A stretch of 63,246 bases of DNA, the filler included, from Sphacelaria rigidula (Eukaryota), in the NCBI GenBank assembly GCA_964200075.2. It is 9 parts of 9 records of this genome, joined end to end, with 100 filler letters (N's around TTAATTAATTAA, not from the genome) between each part and the next. Parts side by side here need not be neighbours in the genome. Positions count along the whole stretch, not along the records: positions 49,271 to 56,208 come from CAXNAA020017317.1; positions 56,309 to 63,246 come from CAXNAA020017318.1; 7 more parts are not named here. One strand, given 5' to 3'. Shown here piece after piece: positions 49,681-62,060 of this stretch. How positions within the stretch are numbered: the first letter of the stretch is position 1; each line of letters begins with the position of its first letter. The translations under genes were made by a program, and so were the position numbers. The notes beneath the pieces are model-generated. The model was not told the DNA's origin. It made no database searches and saw only the letters and a list, made by a program, of their open reading frames with translations.

Positions 49681-50994
49681 AAGGTGAAGACTCAGTGTTG
49701 TCGTGTCCCCCCCCCCTTCCGTCGAGCGGCGCTGATGGTTGGAGTGGTAAGCGGGGCACTGTCCAGACCACGTTGTTGGTATAGTAGACGGCGCCGGTGG
49801 AGGCTTTGATGACCTTGACTGTTGAGGATGGGTGGTTGCACCCGTTGTTGAGATAGTAGCACTTGACGGCTTGCGGGTCCATCTTGGAACGTCGTGTGAC
49901 CCTCATCATTCCAGGTTGGAGAAAGGGAACGATCTGAAGAGGAGGGGCACGACCGGTGAAGACCTGGTACGGCGGGATCCTCCCAGGGTTGGCCATCGTG
50001 GCGGAGCGGTTGAATCCATCCACGGCCCAGACTGCGGGCTCCAACCAGAGTCTATCCAAGGTGCCACCGAGTCCGGGGATGGCCGTGAAAACCTCAGCGG
50101 GGAAGAGGCGCGGAGCTTCACATGGCGCAGCGCGACCAGCCTTCACCATGCGCTAGATTGCGCTCTCGGCCACAGCGTTTTGCTTCGGGGTTTCGGGCGC
50201 TATATACTCGTCGCGAATCCGTACCTCGTCACAAAAATCGATAAAGTCTTGCGAACGGAACTCACTCCCGTTGTCGATGCGAAAGCATCGAGGAACACCG
50301 AACTCGTTGACGGCGGCCATGTATCCTTCACTTTTGCCAAAGCGTGTGCCTTCCTCGCCAAACCGCAAAGCATGATGGAGCGAGACTTACTATCCACACA
50401 GGCGAGCATGTACAGTGACCCGCCTAGTGTCCGCACATGTGGTCCTGTGAAATCGAGGTGGACGATGCCGAGGACCATGGGTGACCGAGTACGCAAATGT
50501 GGGATCCCAGCGCGTCGCCCTTTTGACTCCACACATCCTGCGCACGGCACCAGCTGCCCTGTGAGAGTAATGCCCGATTGGGCGGCGGTCGCTCGGAGAA
50601 TGGTCTCATGAGCGTGGTAGAGGGATACGTGAAAGTAGTTGATGTCCAACGTTTGTTGGTGCTTACCGACAATGGAGGGTCGGCGGCCGGTGCTATAACT
50701 GCAGGTGCCAAATCCAAAATCTCTTCCTTACTCAATTCCTGAATGCTTAGAATCCGGGGGAAAAACTCTGGGGGACTACATGTAGCAATCACACCTTCCT
50801 GGCTCAGCAGTAGATCCGGCAAGTATCTCAGTCAATCCTGTGGAAAATCTACTGGATGGGTTGACAGTATCACTCGCAGACAAAACATCCGGAGGGTTCC
50901 TTACTGTATCACGCGAGGATACCGATGCAGTAGATTGCACTACACTAGGTAAGGCTGCACCGACAGAAGTACCCGAAGACACAGTGTTCGGTTG

Positions 50995-51118
50995 AGCACT
51001 GACATTATCACTTGCAGACAGATCATCCGGGGGGTTGCTTACAGTATTACTCGCAGACAGATCATCCGGGGGGTTGCTTACAGTATCACTCGCAGACAGA
51101 ACATCCGGGGGGTTCCTC
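50995..51118 (-). repeat. 39-bp coding tandem repeat, 3 copies (NPPDxLSASxTVS), plus a fourth copy near 50862-50910
   Basis: Visible in the DNA and in ORF 50776-51372, between protease and integrase. Confidence 0.88.
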
Positions 51119-53572
51119 ATGACGGGGACTGCAATCGAAGCATCGTGCGATGTGGGTGGCAAACGTCTCGCGAATTGAGAGGACGAACGCGAGTTACGGT
51201 CGAATCGCAATTGTCCGTTGAACAACGATACGCCTGCTTTCGTCAAAGTAATATCCTGTTTGTACTGTGCCTGATGCAAGGAAAAAAGGTTGAATTTGAT
51301 ACCATCGAGCACATACACGTTAGTAAGCTTAATACAAAAACTAGTCCGCTCAGTCCCGTCATTCGATCCCATGTAAAATTTGAGGTTGAGGCTCCCGACC
51401 GCTCTTACTGGAAGTACTGTACCATCTCCTTAAATCACATTCTCGTTACCATGAGGAGGAACTCGCAAATCAAACATCCCATCCATCTTCCCAGTCGTAT
51501 GGTGCGATGCCCCTGTGTCCGATATCCACTCTTCCAAATCATCATCTGTACCCAACACCTCCCCACGAAGCATCATAGCGTACTCCTGCAAATCAACTTT
51601 ACCAAGCCGAAACCGAGACTCGCCTTTTGACGTGGAGAATTCCATGTATGCTCGTGGATAATCCGAAGTACACGTATCAGGCGGCGGAGCAGATGTGGCT
51701 GGGGGGGCGGCTTGCTCTTGATGCTGCTGTTGTTGTTCTTGCGGTGGAGCTGCGGTTTGTTGTTGATGTTGACTATTGTCCTGGTAAGGATAGTCGTAGT
51801 GATGCTGCTGATCCGGCGGATGCTACTGTTGGGAGTGTTGCTGTTGAGGGTGATCTGTTGGTGGAGGATGTTGTTGGTAGGTGGGGTGCTCTGGGTAATT
51901 GTCCGTTGGTGGAGAGGAGTGATAGATGTCTTGCGGTGGGGAGTATCCAGTGGGATTTTGGTACTGCTGAAGTTGGGGCAGTGTTCTATGTGACGAAGGT
52001 TCATGACTTTGGACGTAATAAGCATATCCAGTGCCGTCGAAACCGTCCCTGCCCGGTGAGGTAAAATCTTCGTCAGTAGTAGTGGGCCCATTCCACTATG
52101 CAAGGTCTACACGCGAGTGAGACTCCCTCGAATTTCGGGAATCGTGGAAATGTTGGGGATTATTGTTCTGGCGGAAGGTTTTGGTGTGGTGGTAGACGTC
52201 GTCCTGGGTATGGGTGTTAGAGTGATGGTTGCGTGAGGGGTGGTTTCCCCCGTGGTGGTGAGGGACACCCTGCTCCGGGTTCAGATATCGATTGCTTGAC
52301 GGCTATCAACATGACTTCGCCCGTCGCCACGTGGGGGGTAATCTACAGCTCGATCACGGCATATGGTGCAATTGCGGACTCTGCATGGTGAGGGTTGAGG
52401 GATTGGATTAGGGTTGTGGTTGTCGTGTGGGTCATGTGGGGATGCAAAATGTGAGCGGGAATCAGGCCTTGGCGACGGTTCATGGTCATGATGCTGATGT
52501 GGAGTGGAAACACTGCAGTCAGATCCACACGCCCGGCAGTGGTTGTTTCGCCTGCCCCCCCTGCCTCCGCGTCGCCTCCCTGATACGTCACTCTGCGATA
52601 CATCCTGAGCTATAGTAGACAGAGCATGGTTATTGGGAGAGTCTATTCTATTCCGTGACAGTTCCAACTCTGCGTGAGCAGTTTTTACCGTTCGGTGAAG
52701 TGTCTCAGTGTCGATATCTGGCATCGCGAGGAGGCTTCCTCTCTGAATCTGATATTCCGATGATAGTCTGCGTGCGTAATGCCTGTTTGCATCAGACTCC
52801 GAAACTACATGACCAAAATGGTGCCTCTTCTGGCGGATCAGATTCGCCCTATTTAGAAATATCAAAGGGCTTTTGCCCGGGGACATCTGCAGGCATGACC
52901 ATTCGTGCTCAAGACGCGCCTTCTCAGTTGTAGGCGAAACGGTATAATACTGAACAAAATAATCCCAAGACTCACTAGGCGAACCAAGCATCGCAAAGTT
53001 TTCTACCATTACGGGAGCAGTGATTTTTTCGAGGAGTACATCATGGGCACGTTGAGCTTCCTGTACTGCCCTGAACCCATGCTGCCTTATCAACTCTTCT
53101 TCTCTTTCATGGAACACTCGAATGGGGTCTTGAACAAACAGAGCATCATAGCATTTCTCGGCACGAAAATATCCGATCATCTGAACTTGAAACACACGAA
53201 ACTTAGACTCCACATTTTCCCCTGCTTTTACTGTACCGTCCCATGGGTGGATGCTCATATTGTTGCGTACTCTTACAAAGTTGGGTGGGGCACGTTGCCC
53301 TCCCGTGAAGTTGTCGCTTCGGAACTCTTGAAAAAACGTGGGTTGTTCTCCTGCTCGCGGTGTGCTCTACCCACCGTGGGATTACCTTGTGCGCCTGCCC
53401 AAATGCATACTCCTATCTCTTTCGTAGTCTGCAACAGCATCGCGTGTTGCTGCCTCGATATGCTCTGCCTGTTTTTCTTCCATGATTCGTAGTTTTTCGG
53501 TCTGCTCTACCTCCATACGCCTGAGCGTTCCCGTTAACTCTTCAGTGCTGTACTTCATGTTAGCCATCGATC

Positions 53573-53737
53573 GACTTTTATTGTCTACTGTTGTTGCTTC
53601 TTGTTGAATTGTGTCTCAAACTCTCCTTGACCTCTCACTTGTTGACTCTCTTGGATAGACTTTTATTGTCTACTGTTGTTGCTTCTTGTTGAATTGTGTC
53701 TCAAACTCTCCTTGACCTCTCACTTGTTGACTCTCTT
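53573..53737. repeat. Tandem duplication of about 85 bp immediately upstream of the gag start
   Basis: GACTTTTATTGTCTACTGTTGTTGCTTCTTGTTGAATTGTGTCTCAAACTCTCCTTGACCTCTCACTTGTTGACTCTCTT occurs twice. Confidence 0.92.
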
Positions 53738-53747
53738 CCTCGTTGAC

Positions 53748-54074
53748 TCAAGCGCAATCAAATGCTGCTCTATTGTTCGAACTGTAACAAACGCTAACTG
53801 CGTAACTCTTTTTGATGGCTCAAGCGCTATGAAGTGCTGCTGAATTTTGCCTCTGACCGTGACAAACGCTAATTGCGTGACTCTCTTTGATGGCTCAAGC
53901 GCTATGAAGTGCTGCTGAATTTTGCCTGACCGTGACAAACGCTAATTGCGTGACTCTTTTTGAAGGCTCAAGCGCTATGAAGTGCTGCTGAATTTTGCCT
54001 GACCGTAACAAACGCTAATTGCGTGACTCTTTTTGATGGCTCAAGCGCTATGAAGTGCCGCTGAATATTGCTCA
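53748..54074. repeat. 72-75-bp tandem repeat, about 4.5 copies, in the copia 5' leader
   Basis: TCAAGCGC-initiated units start at 53748, 53820, 53895, 53968 and 54041. Confidence 0.92.
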
Positions 54075-54790
54075 AACTCTCTTCGTACTTCCCTGCTACT
54101 CCTGCTGCTGTCTACCCGGTTCAAACTCGCTAGCGTATTTGATAAAGGGATGATCCCATAGGGGACGCGCTCTTGACAGGGGGATGTGTTTACCTTCTTG
54201 TATTAACCTCTTATAACCTTCACTCACCCCACATCAACCGTGCACGCTCCACCCGAGCTGCTCTCTCCAACCCAAAGCGCACTGACCAAAATGCACCCTA
54301 AAACACAACTGACTAAGGTAGGCAGGACTGCCTGTCGAGTTCCCCCAATTATTCCAACCCTAGTCATAACAGAATCCGTCAATGTACGCAATCCGATACT
54401 CACGATACTTCATCAATCAGGACCGCATGTACCCGAATTGATCCAAGTACATATGCACTATTGTTCAGCTCGACGATATTCAATTAGCCCCCCACGTTGA
54501 GGCTGAGCCTTACTATTATCTCACGCAAAAAAACGTAGTTTCATTCCATAAGATCAGGCGAATTCAAAACATAAATACCGTGATACATGAAAGATTCCGC
54601 AATCAAAACCAAAATCATCGATGCACATCGCTTCCCGAATTACATGCCCCCCTGACCTCATATCATCTTACCATTTTCGGGGGCATGAAGCATCAAAACT
54701 CGTGACCGTGTTTTCCAAAAACATTTTAGTAAAAATATACTCTTCTCCCAACGGTAATCGAAATATACTCATGACATAGTTACGATGGAA

Positions 54791-55996
54791 TTAAAAACAT
54801 TTTGCCGGTAAAACCTTCGTAAAAAAATCGGCATGCTGGTACTCCGATCTGACATGAATAATCGAAATATCCCCCTTTGCCACGAATTCCCTTCTAAAAT
54901 GGTATCTTATATCTATGTGCTTAGAGTTAGAGTTTGATATCGGATTCTGTGCCATTTGAATAGCACCCTGATTGTCCTCGAACATTGGGATGCAAGTCTC
55001 CCCAACTTCAGGCAACATGAATTCCCATACCTGTCTCCAAAATAGCACCTCCTTCACCAAGTCAGTCAGTGCAACTTATTCTGCTTCAGAAGTCGACAAT
55101 GTCACACACTTTCGCGTCCTCGAGAACCATGACACACATCCACCCCCGCACATAACTAGTCCACCCGACACTGATCGCCTATCGGCAGCCTCACTCGCGT
55201 AGTCTGTATCTGCATATGCTTGAACGCTCAGACCTTGTAAACTGCCTCTCCGAAAAGTGATTCCCAATGTACTCGTTCGCCTAACATATCCAAGTATGCC
55301 AAGAGCAGTGCGCCAGTGAATCAACCTTGGGGATGCGCAATATCTCGCTACCGCTCTGATCGCGTTACAAATATCCGGTCTAGTCTGATTTGCCAGCCAC
55401 ATGAGTGACCCTACCAATTCTCTGAGGGGAAACGTCGTGACCTGCTCATCCTCATTGAAATCCTCCAGTTTCACACCTGCACTCATAGGCGTCTTATTCC
55501 CCCAAGATATATTGTACTCCTCCGCCAACTCTTCTGCAAAAGTCTTTTGCGATACAGTAAGTGTCCCTCTTTTCAAGTCCCTCTCGTAATATAGTCCCGA
55601 ATACCATCTCAGTTCTCCTAGATTCTTGACTGGAACCATAGTGTTCAGCTGTTTACCAAATCCACCAGATCTTTCCTCATTCCCTACGGCGAATATATCT
55701 TCTACATGTACCACCAGGGTGATCATTACTTGGTTGTCCTCCATCAGTCGAAACACATATGAATTCGCCAAGCACTGATTAAAACCTAATTTCTTAAGGC
55801 ATCCTGCTAAATGGAGATGCCACTGTCTCGAAGCCTGTTTGAGGCCATAGAGTGATTTATTGAGTCTCACTACCTTTCCAGATAAGTTACCACAGCCATG
55901 AGGCAAACGCATAAACACATCTTCGTTCAGTACTGACTGGACAAAAGCTTGCTCGATGTCAAAATGGCGCAACGAAAGGTTTTGCTCACAAGCAAG
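54791..55996 (-). mobile_element. Ty1/copia RT-RNase H with one in-frame stop; 5' part displaced by an LTR-like insertion
   Basis: HFDIEQAFVQ, LNKSLYGLKQASRQW, VVHVEDI, YADTDYA...DRRSVSGG, LSTSEAE*VA, FEDNQGAI, SKHIDIRYHF, QHADFFTK. Confidence 0.95.
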
Positions 55997-56208
55997 TGTT
56001 GGAAATATGCAGCACAGCCTAGCTGCTTGCGTTTTGTGAGTCTTTACTCTGATAGCAAATTAGCGGCGTAACTAATCACGTTTCGAGTAGATCAGATCGT
56101 TACGGGTAGAAGTACCGTTTCAAGTGAATCATTGAATCTTGTACCCTGGAGGTCTAACCACGTAAGCTCGTAAGATATGACTGTGTGCTGCCAGTATTTG
56201 TAAGTGCC
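55997..56208. mobile_element. LTR-like insertion beginning TGTTGG, interrupting the copia RT; truncated by the scaffold end
   Basis: RT homology (LACEQNLSLRHFD) ends exactly where TGTTGGAAATATGC begins. Confidence 0.6.
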
Positions 56209-56308
56209 NNNNNNNNNNNNNNNNNNNNNNNNNNNNNNNNNNNNNNNNNNNNTTAATTAATTAANNNNNNNNNNNNNNNNNNNNNNNNNNNNNNNNNNNN
56301 NNNNNNNN

Positions 56309-56386
56309 TAGTCGCAATAGGCCTATACTCTATGCAGTACGTTTCTTGTCTATTGCATCTATTGGCCATATATTGTCCAAGGTGTG
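56309..56386. mobile_element. Right half of the 170-bp CACACC MITE, at the scaffold start
   Basis: CAATAGGCCTATACT...GCCATATATTGTCCAAGGTGTG matches 10643-10714. Confidence 0.85.
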
Positions 56387-56539
56387 AACAAGTGTAACAT
56401 GCATAATATATAACTGCTATGATTTCTGAATACCAACACCAACGTTGTCGAGGTCCCGACTCGATCGAAGTGTAAAAATATGCGACCAGACATGGTTGGT
56501 AATCGTGACCCCATGTTCAGGCTGGTCACCTCAGTTCAA

Positions 56540-56890
56540 GTGCGTGTTGTCATCCCATTTATCCTGGGCGCCGGTCTATACCGTCTTTCGGTATATGTGG
56601 GCGCACCAGCCGGGGTCACACAGGAGTAAGGCCAATACAGGAGTTTTTTTTTTTATTAGTTCTCCACCTCCCTTCTGCGGTGCTTGCCTATTTTTTTTAT
56701 CGCGAGGGGGGTTCAATACCCTCTTCCCCTCGTCGACCATGAAGTCGAATTTTTGTGCACCCACGACATGGTCGCTCTCCACTGTTGGACATCGTGTGAG
56801 AAAAAATCCCCGATCGCACCGAGATCTGAACCCACGACCCAACCGTCACAAGGTTCCGAGGTTACCAACTGAGACACCAGGGCGACCGGC
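56540..56890 (-). mobile_element. tRNA-derived SINE, full length
   Basis: Homologous to 19014-19382 end to end. GTTCAAGTG on both flanks is a candidate TSD. Confidence 0.9.
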
Positions 56891-57526
56891 TTCTATGTTC
56901 AAGTGTGCTACACCAACCCCCGGACGTGCATGTCGTCCTCGTGTTTCGTCCACCACATACAACTGCCGGCACAGCACCCTAGAGTAGCCTCACGACGGGC
57001 TACGCGCGAGATGCAAAGCCGAAAAACTGACTCATGCTGATCCTACGCCTTCCTCTGATGTGAGGGTTCCATCATCGTCATTGTCACGACATCCGAGTTA
57101 CTGTCTTCATCGATTTACGTATGCGATGAGCACATTGAAACATGCCCATAGACAACATGACCCACGGGCCAGGGTTGGTAGCGTAACTACAAATGACGAC
57201 CAAAGTAGCATGTCTTTACTCGGTGGAGATCCGTGCTTCACTCTATTCGGGAATGGTCGCGCTCAGCCGATTTTTAGGAGAGAAGAGGGTAGACAGAGAA
57301 AGTTGCTAACGACAGATTGATCCGCGATGTTTTTCAGGTAGGAAACTATCGTTGAGGTATACCTGAGCAATTTTCGAACAGCTTCAGCTACAGCTCTGAA
57401 ACGTATAGTGCACTAAATACGACCATCTGATTAGCCGAGAAGTGAAACTACCTAAAAAGTACCGAAAATGCTGCACATGTACCTGAAGTTGTTCACTTTT
57501 CCCCACAATTAGACACACAATGTATA

Positions 57527-58104
57527 CTCCCTCCGATCGAAAATATAAGATCGGTAAGGGTTTCCGGAATTGAAGATAGGTTTTATCGTTGAGGGTGTGA
57601 GATGAGGTTTTTTTTCACTCTTTTTTTTGCCGTGCTCCCATCGGTATAGAGATCAAAGATATGGCCTACAACAGGGGATGGTAAATTTGCATCCCCTCCG
57701 AATAATATTTTTTTCTCCGGGCGGATTTTCCGAAGATTCGGTCAGTAAGAAAACTCGAATGTCGTTTTTTTTTCCCGTACGGACCAAAGACAAGGTTTTT
57801 TTCCGATCTCTTTTTCCAAGTGTAATCTTGGCTATATAGAGCATGCTGCAGACCGACAGTTAGACAAAAAAAAACGAACATTTTCCCTTTTGACCGGGAG
57901 AAAAATTAAAGGGTGCCAAAAATTGGCACCTTTGAAGCGAAAAAAACAGCACGAAGAAAAACAAATTGGAAAAAAAAAAAGTGTTTTTTTCGCAGAAAAA
58001 AAGATGTTTGGTGACAATCGAACTCCCGCCCCCAATTTTTCAGTGAGAGGTTGACTTACTAAGCATTTTTTCCTTACCGAGCTTATAGTTCCGATCGGAG
58101 GGAG
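57527..58104. mobile_element. Stowaway-like (Tc1/mariner) MITE, 578 bp
   Basis: TA|CTCCCTCCGATCGAAAATATAAGATCGGTAAGG ... CCTTACCGAGCTTATAGTTCCGATCGGAGGGAG|TA: roughly 33-bp TIR with the CTCCCTCC signature and a TA TSD. Confidence 0.92.
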
Positions 58105-58860
58105 TATGTATATATATGAATATATATATATATATATATGTATAGCTTTCGGGTTCAAACGCCATAAAGCAAACCATCGTTGAAATTATCACATGTAAAA
58201 ACCTACCAAGTGGCTGGGGGAGAGAGATGCCTGTACATGAATACTACGTAGTACATCGCCATTGCCCAGTTCATCCTCCGTGTTCCATTGATCTGAATGA
58301 AACTATCAACGTGTTAAAAGGAAGGTCCTTGGACATAATCGGCAATGCTCGGGGAAAAAATTGCGGGGGTTCAACTTTCGCTATTGGGATAGTACAACGT
58401 TTTCGGCAAGGGGAATCACCGCAACCTGAAGCAGTAGGCGGTCCAATGCAATGTGTCATAGTGGCAAGCCACAAACCCTGCCATCGATAGGGGCCGTGGC
58501 CTACACGAAAACGGGGCCAGCATACTCAATTCCAATCAGCGTGAATGATCCCCATCACAGCCTGATATAAAGGGACAATTCCTGTTGGGCTCTCGTCACT
58601 GCCTGATTTAAGGGAGGGTTTATTCCTGTTGGGCTCTACTGTGCATAGCACCACCCTACTCCTGGACCCGTTTCATCGAAGGACCCGGGGAAGGGCATCG
58701 CCACAGCACCCATTGAAAAGAGATTGTTTATTACATTGACGCCGCGCTAGGTATTTTTACTTCAACCTAGTCGATCCGCTCGTTGGCACAGTCATCCCTT
58801 CCGGGAGAGGGACCCATCGAAATTAGCAGGGTTGCACGTGGACAATTGATAGCCCTTCAC

Positions 58861-59001
58861 CTGTTTCTGGTTCAGCCCCAAGTAGGAGTTGAGCCACAGC
58901 ACCATGGGCTCTAGGCTGGTCTCTATGCTGTACGCGAAAAGAGCAGGGAAGCGCACAACCATCTTGCACACCTGCTTCTTGTTCAAGTTTAGCATCTCGA
59001 C
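58861..59001 (-). CDS. Internal exon of an mTERF-repeat protein (VEMLNLNKKQVCKMVVRFPALFAYSIETSLEPMVLWLNSYLGLNQKQ)
   Basis: 141-nt phase-0 exon between a TGTGTCCAG acceptor and a CAG|GTGAAG donor. The pattern KMVVRFPxLFxYSIExxLxPxxxWLxxxLGL is typical of mTERF repeats. Confidence 0.8.
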
Positions 59002-60024
59002 CTGGACACAGTAAAATGACCAACAGGGGAGAACGGTGATGATGATGGGTTATGGTGGCGGTGGTTACGTCGGTAGGTAATCTCGGAACATTTCTAGGAC
59101 GATTTAAAACATCTTGATGAAAATTGGGGGCAGTGGAGAGTATGTGCGTAGGGGGGGGCGGAGGGGGAACATGGTGCAGCGCAATGTCATCGAGAGAGAA
59201 GCGTAGAGACTGAACTGAAGCGGATGAACGGACTGACGAACAGAGTAAAATCCGTACGCACACGTAAGGGGAAATGACAAGATGCCGTGCAGATATGTCA
59301 GTAACGCTTGTTGTGACCCACCAGCCAGTCGCAGCGATCCATCACGGTCTTCCGCGGCATAACGAGCATTCGCGGGCACTTCGTCATCACAGACCGGATG
59401 TCACCCTTGGACATGCGGCAGTTTTCCCTCAAAAATCCCTGCCAGTCATACGTTTTACAGAGAATCAATCATGCAAGATGATCTGGTCTCAGCTAAACAG
59501 CTCTAGACGAATAGATTGCCCTATGCCCAGGGCGCCTCCAATTTCAATTAATTTCGGTGTTTGTGATGTTGCGGTCTTGGATTGCGGCGGTGAAACCGAA
59601 GTGGTCTCGGCTGGGCCCTTGCTAAAAGTGGCTCTGAAATGAAGGTCTTGCGCACGCACCCGGGGTATGGGGATGTGTCTTTGAACGGAAGCCTAAAGTT
59701 ATATTGAAGCATAAATCGTGTTCGTATCATTGCCGTAGCCCTACAGTCGCAAGGGCCCGCAGCAAGCCGGCGTGCAGACGCGAGCCGTTTTCCGGCAGAT
59801 TCCCGTTAGGTCGTCCCGCACTAGTCCCAGCCACTACCATGCCTGTTTTCAAGTACACGTACAGGACTTGCTTCCCGGTATGCCATAGACTATAAGTTGA
59901 CAACTGCTGTTTCTCGGGCAGACAGGAGACAGCGTCAAGCGTCAAGCAGCTGCACGCTGGGCCGAGGGGCCCTGTATCGGGAAATGACGGCACCCCTTCC
60001 CCCCTGCGCCGGAATGTTGAAGGT

Positions 60025-60140
60025 GTCTCTATTGGGAGTAGGAACGGTGCTCCGTCTCGAAAGGGATGCGTGGTCAATGGTCTTACGACTATGGGATGTA
60101 TGATCATGAGTACACCACCCCCCCCCCCCCCCCCACCCCC
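60025..60140 (+). repeat. Family B repeat ending ATGAGTACACC plus poly-C
   Basis: CTCTATTGGGAGTAGGAACGGTGCTCCGTCTCGAAAGGGATGCGTGGTCAATG is nearly identical to the inverted copy at about 24945-25000. Confidence 0.8.
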
Positions 60141-61599
60141 CTAGGGCGCCGAAACCTCATTCTGGGGCCGTAGGAGGGGAGGGGGGGGAGAACCCCGGGT
60201 ACCCTATATGAGGAGGCGGGGTACCCCCCTGATCGATGCATGATGGTGATAGTAGTTGCTGTGCGTTTGCACATCGGTCTTAAAACACACATCTATGTTT
60301 TTCAAATGTGCTGCTTGCTGCTGTGTTCGACACTGCGTACCAACCGCAGCGTGACGCCCTCGGCGGTACTGCCTGCTCACTGCACAGCGGCGGGGCGCAG
60401 GGTGACAAAGCACACCGCAGGACGTCGCATCCTTAGCGTATCCCTGTCCTGCATTGATTCCGCGCTGTCCTATGCAGTTTGCCACATCATGAACGCAGCC
60501 GCTTGTATCTGCGGCCAACGTGCACGCGGGACATCATCGCTACGCCACATTTGTGAAGCTGTCCGTGTTGCAGCTACAGCGTGCGTTTGTCCCAAGTGGC
60601 GGACGCAGGAGTGAAAGGCCGCCTCCGCCGCTGTAATGACTGCCTGTATCTTGGACGAAGCTGTATGGTACACAGCCGCTATGGCGCGAACGCCGATTGT
60701 AGCATTCCATATCGGGGGAGATTTTCACACACTGTGTCTCGAAGTGCAGCGTTGCAGTTACCGAGTTTAAGTATGAGTACTACATGCAGTGTATTACACA
60801 AATGACAATCGGCAATATATTCTATACTGTGCGATTCGACCTAAAGGTCACTGGGCGAACAGCAGGTGAGGCAATCGCCGAAACCTGCAAACTCTGCTCC
60901 AGTGCAATGTAAGTTGACAACGCTAAAAGGACACCACCATCACCACCTTGCCGGCTGCCAGACTGTCAGGACGTAGGATCCGCTAGCATTGCTACTGTCT
61001 GTACGGGGATGTTGCCCCCTTGTCGGGTACGTGGGGAAGAGTCCGTGGCAGAACGCAGTGGTCGCGTCAAGCAGCTGCATGCTGGGCGTTCTCACTCAAG
61101 ACTTCGATTCGGAGGATGATAGTAGGTATACAGCAGCAACTGCTGGGTGTCTAGGTGCCCCTTGGAGCAAGTTGCGTTTGGTTTCTGTTTGACGAAGTCT
61201 TCCCCAAAAAATCGAAGTCAGTGGAGGTTTCAGAGTGGAAAAATCTAGCAAGAAAAAAGTCGCAAAAATCGAGTTGCAAAAATCAAGCCGCAAAAAAACG
61301 GTGAGTCGAATTTTTCCCCGGGGCAGAAACCAAATTCACTTCGTGAAATTGGAATTGAAATCACAGCATGCTGTCGCGTTCAAAATGTCAGTGAGGTCAA
61401 CATAGCACGGCTGACCATGGGTCAACACTGATGTACGGAGTTCTTACCTCCCCCCCCCCCCCACCCCCCCCCCCTCCACCCCAACCCCCATCGATCCCCC
61501 ACCCCCCCCCCCTATNNNNNNNNNNACATCTTGGGCGTTTTCCCCCCCCCCCCCCCCCCCCCCCTGCACAAGCAACAAATGAGTACGCCCCCCCCCCCC

Positions 61600-62060
61600 T
61601 GCACGTTGTGCCAGGCTATCTGTCGGGTAAACCATTCAGGCTTCCCACGATCGTACCTTCTATTTTCTTGCCCCACTGCTGTACTGGTTACTCTCCCCCA
61701 GGGAGGTCATTTTCACCGTATAAGGTTCAAGGACGGCTTGCACAGCACAAAGTCTTACTCACACATCGGGATGTCCCATGCACCGTCACTTCCTCCCACT
61801 CGGAGTACGGTTCATCATGGGTCGCTAGTGCAGTAGCGACTCATCGTGAACCGTACGCTGAGTGGGAGGAAGTGACGGTGTACGGGACATCCCAATGTGT
61901 GAGTAAGACCTTGTGCTATGCAAGCCGTCCTTGAGCCTTACACGGTGAAAACGACCTCTCGGGAGGACAAGTAACCAGTTCAGAAGCAGGACAAGACAGA
62001 ATATACGACCGTGGGACGCCTGGATAGTTTACCATGCAGATCGATTGGCACAAACGTGGA
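61600..62060. mobile_element. Fold-back palindromic element of about 460 bp
   Basis: The arms mirror around about 61830, e.g. TCTTACTCACACATCGGGATGTCCC...CACCGTCACTTCCTCCCACTC / GAGTGGGAGGAAGTGACGGTG...GGGACATCCCAATGTGTGAGTAAGA. Confidence 0.85.

Larger units (their letters stand above)
49271..53567 (-). mobile_element. Ty1/copia gag-protease-integrase region, frameshifted; cut by the scaffold end before RT
   Basis: gag-like ORF 52281-53258, protease WISDTGASHH (51430-51645), pre-integrase zinc finger (H...HAH...CAGC), and integrase VHLDFTGP, RIDNGSEF, PETPKQNAVAE. Integrase directly follows protease, as in copia. Confidence 0.93.

Noticed and set aside
53748..54074. CRISPR-like periodic repeat
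   Set aside because: The whole 72-75-bp unit is repeated with no unique spacers. It lies in a copia leader and there are no cas genes.
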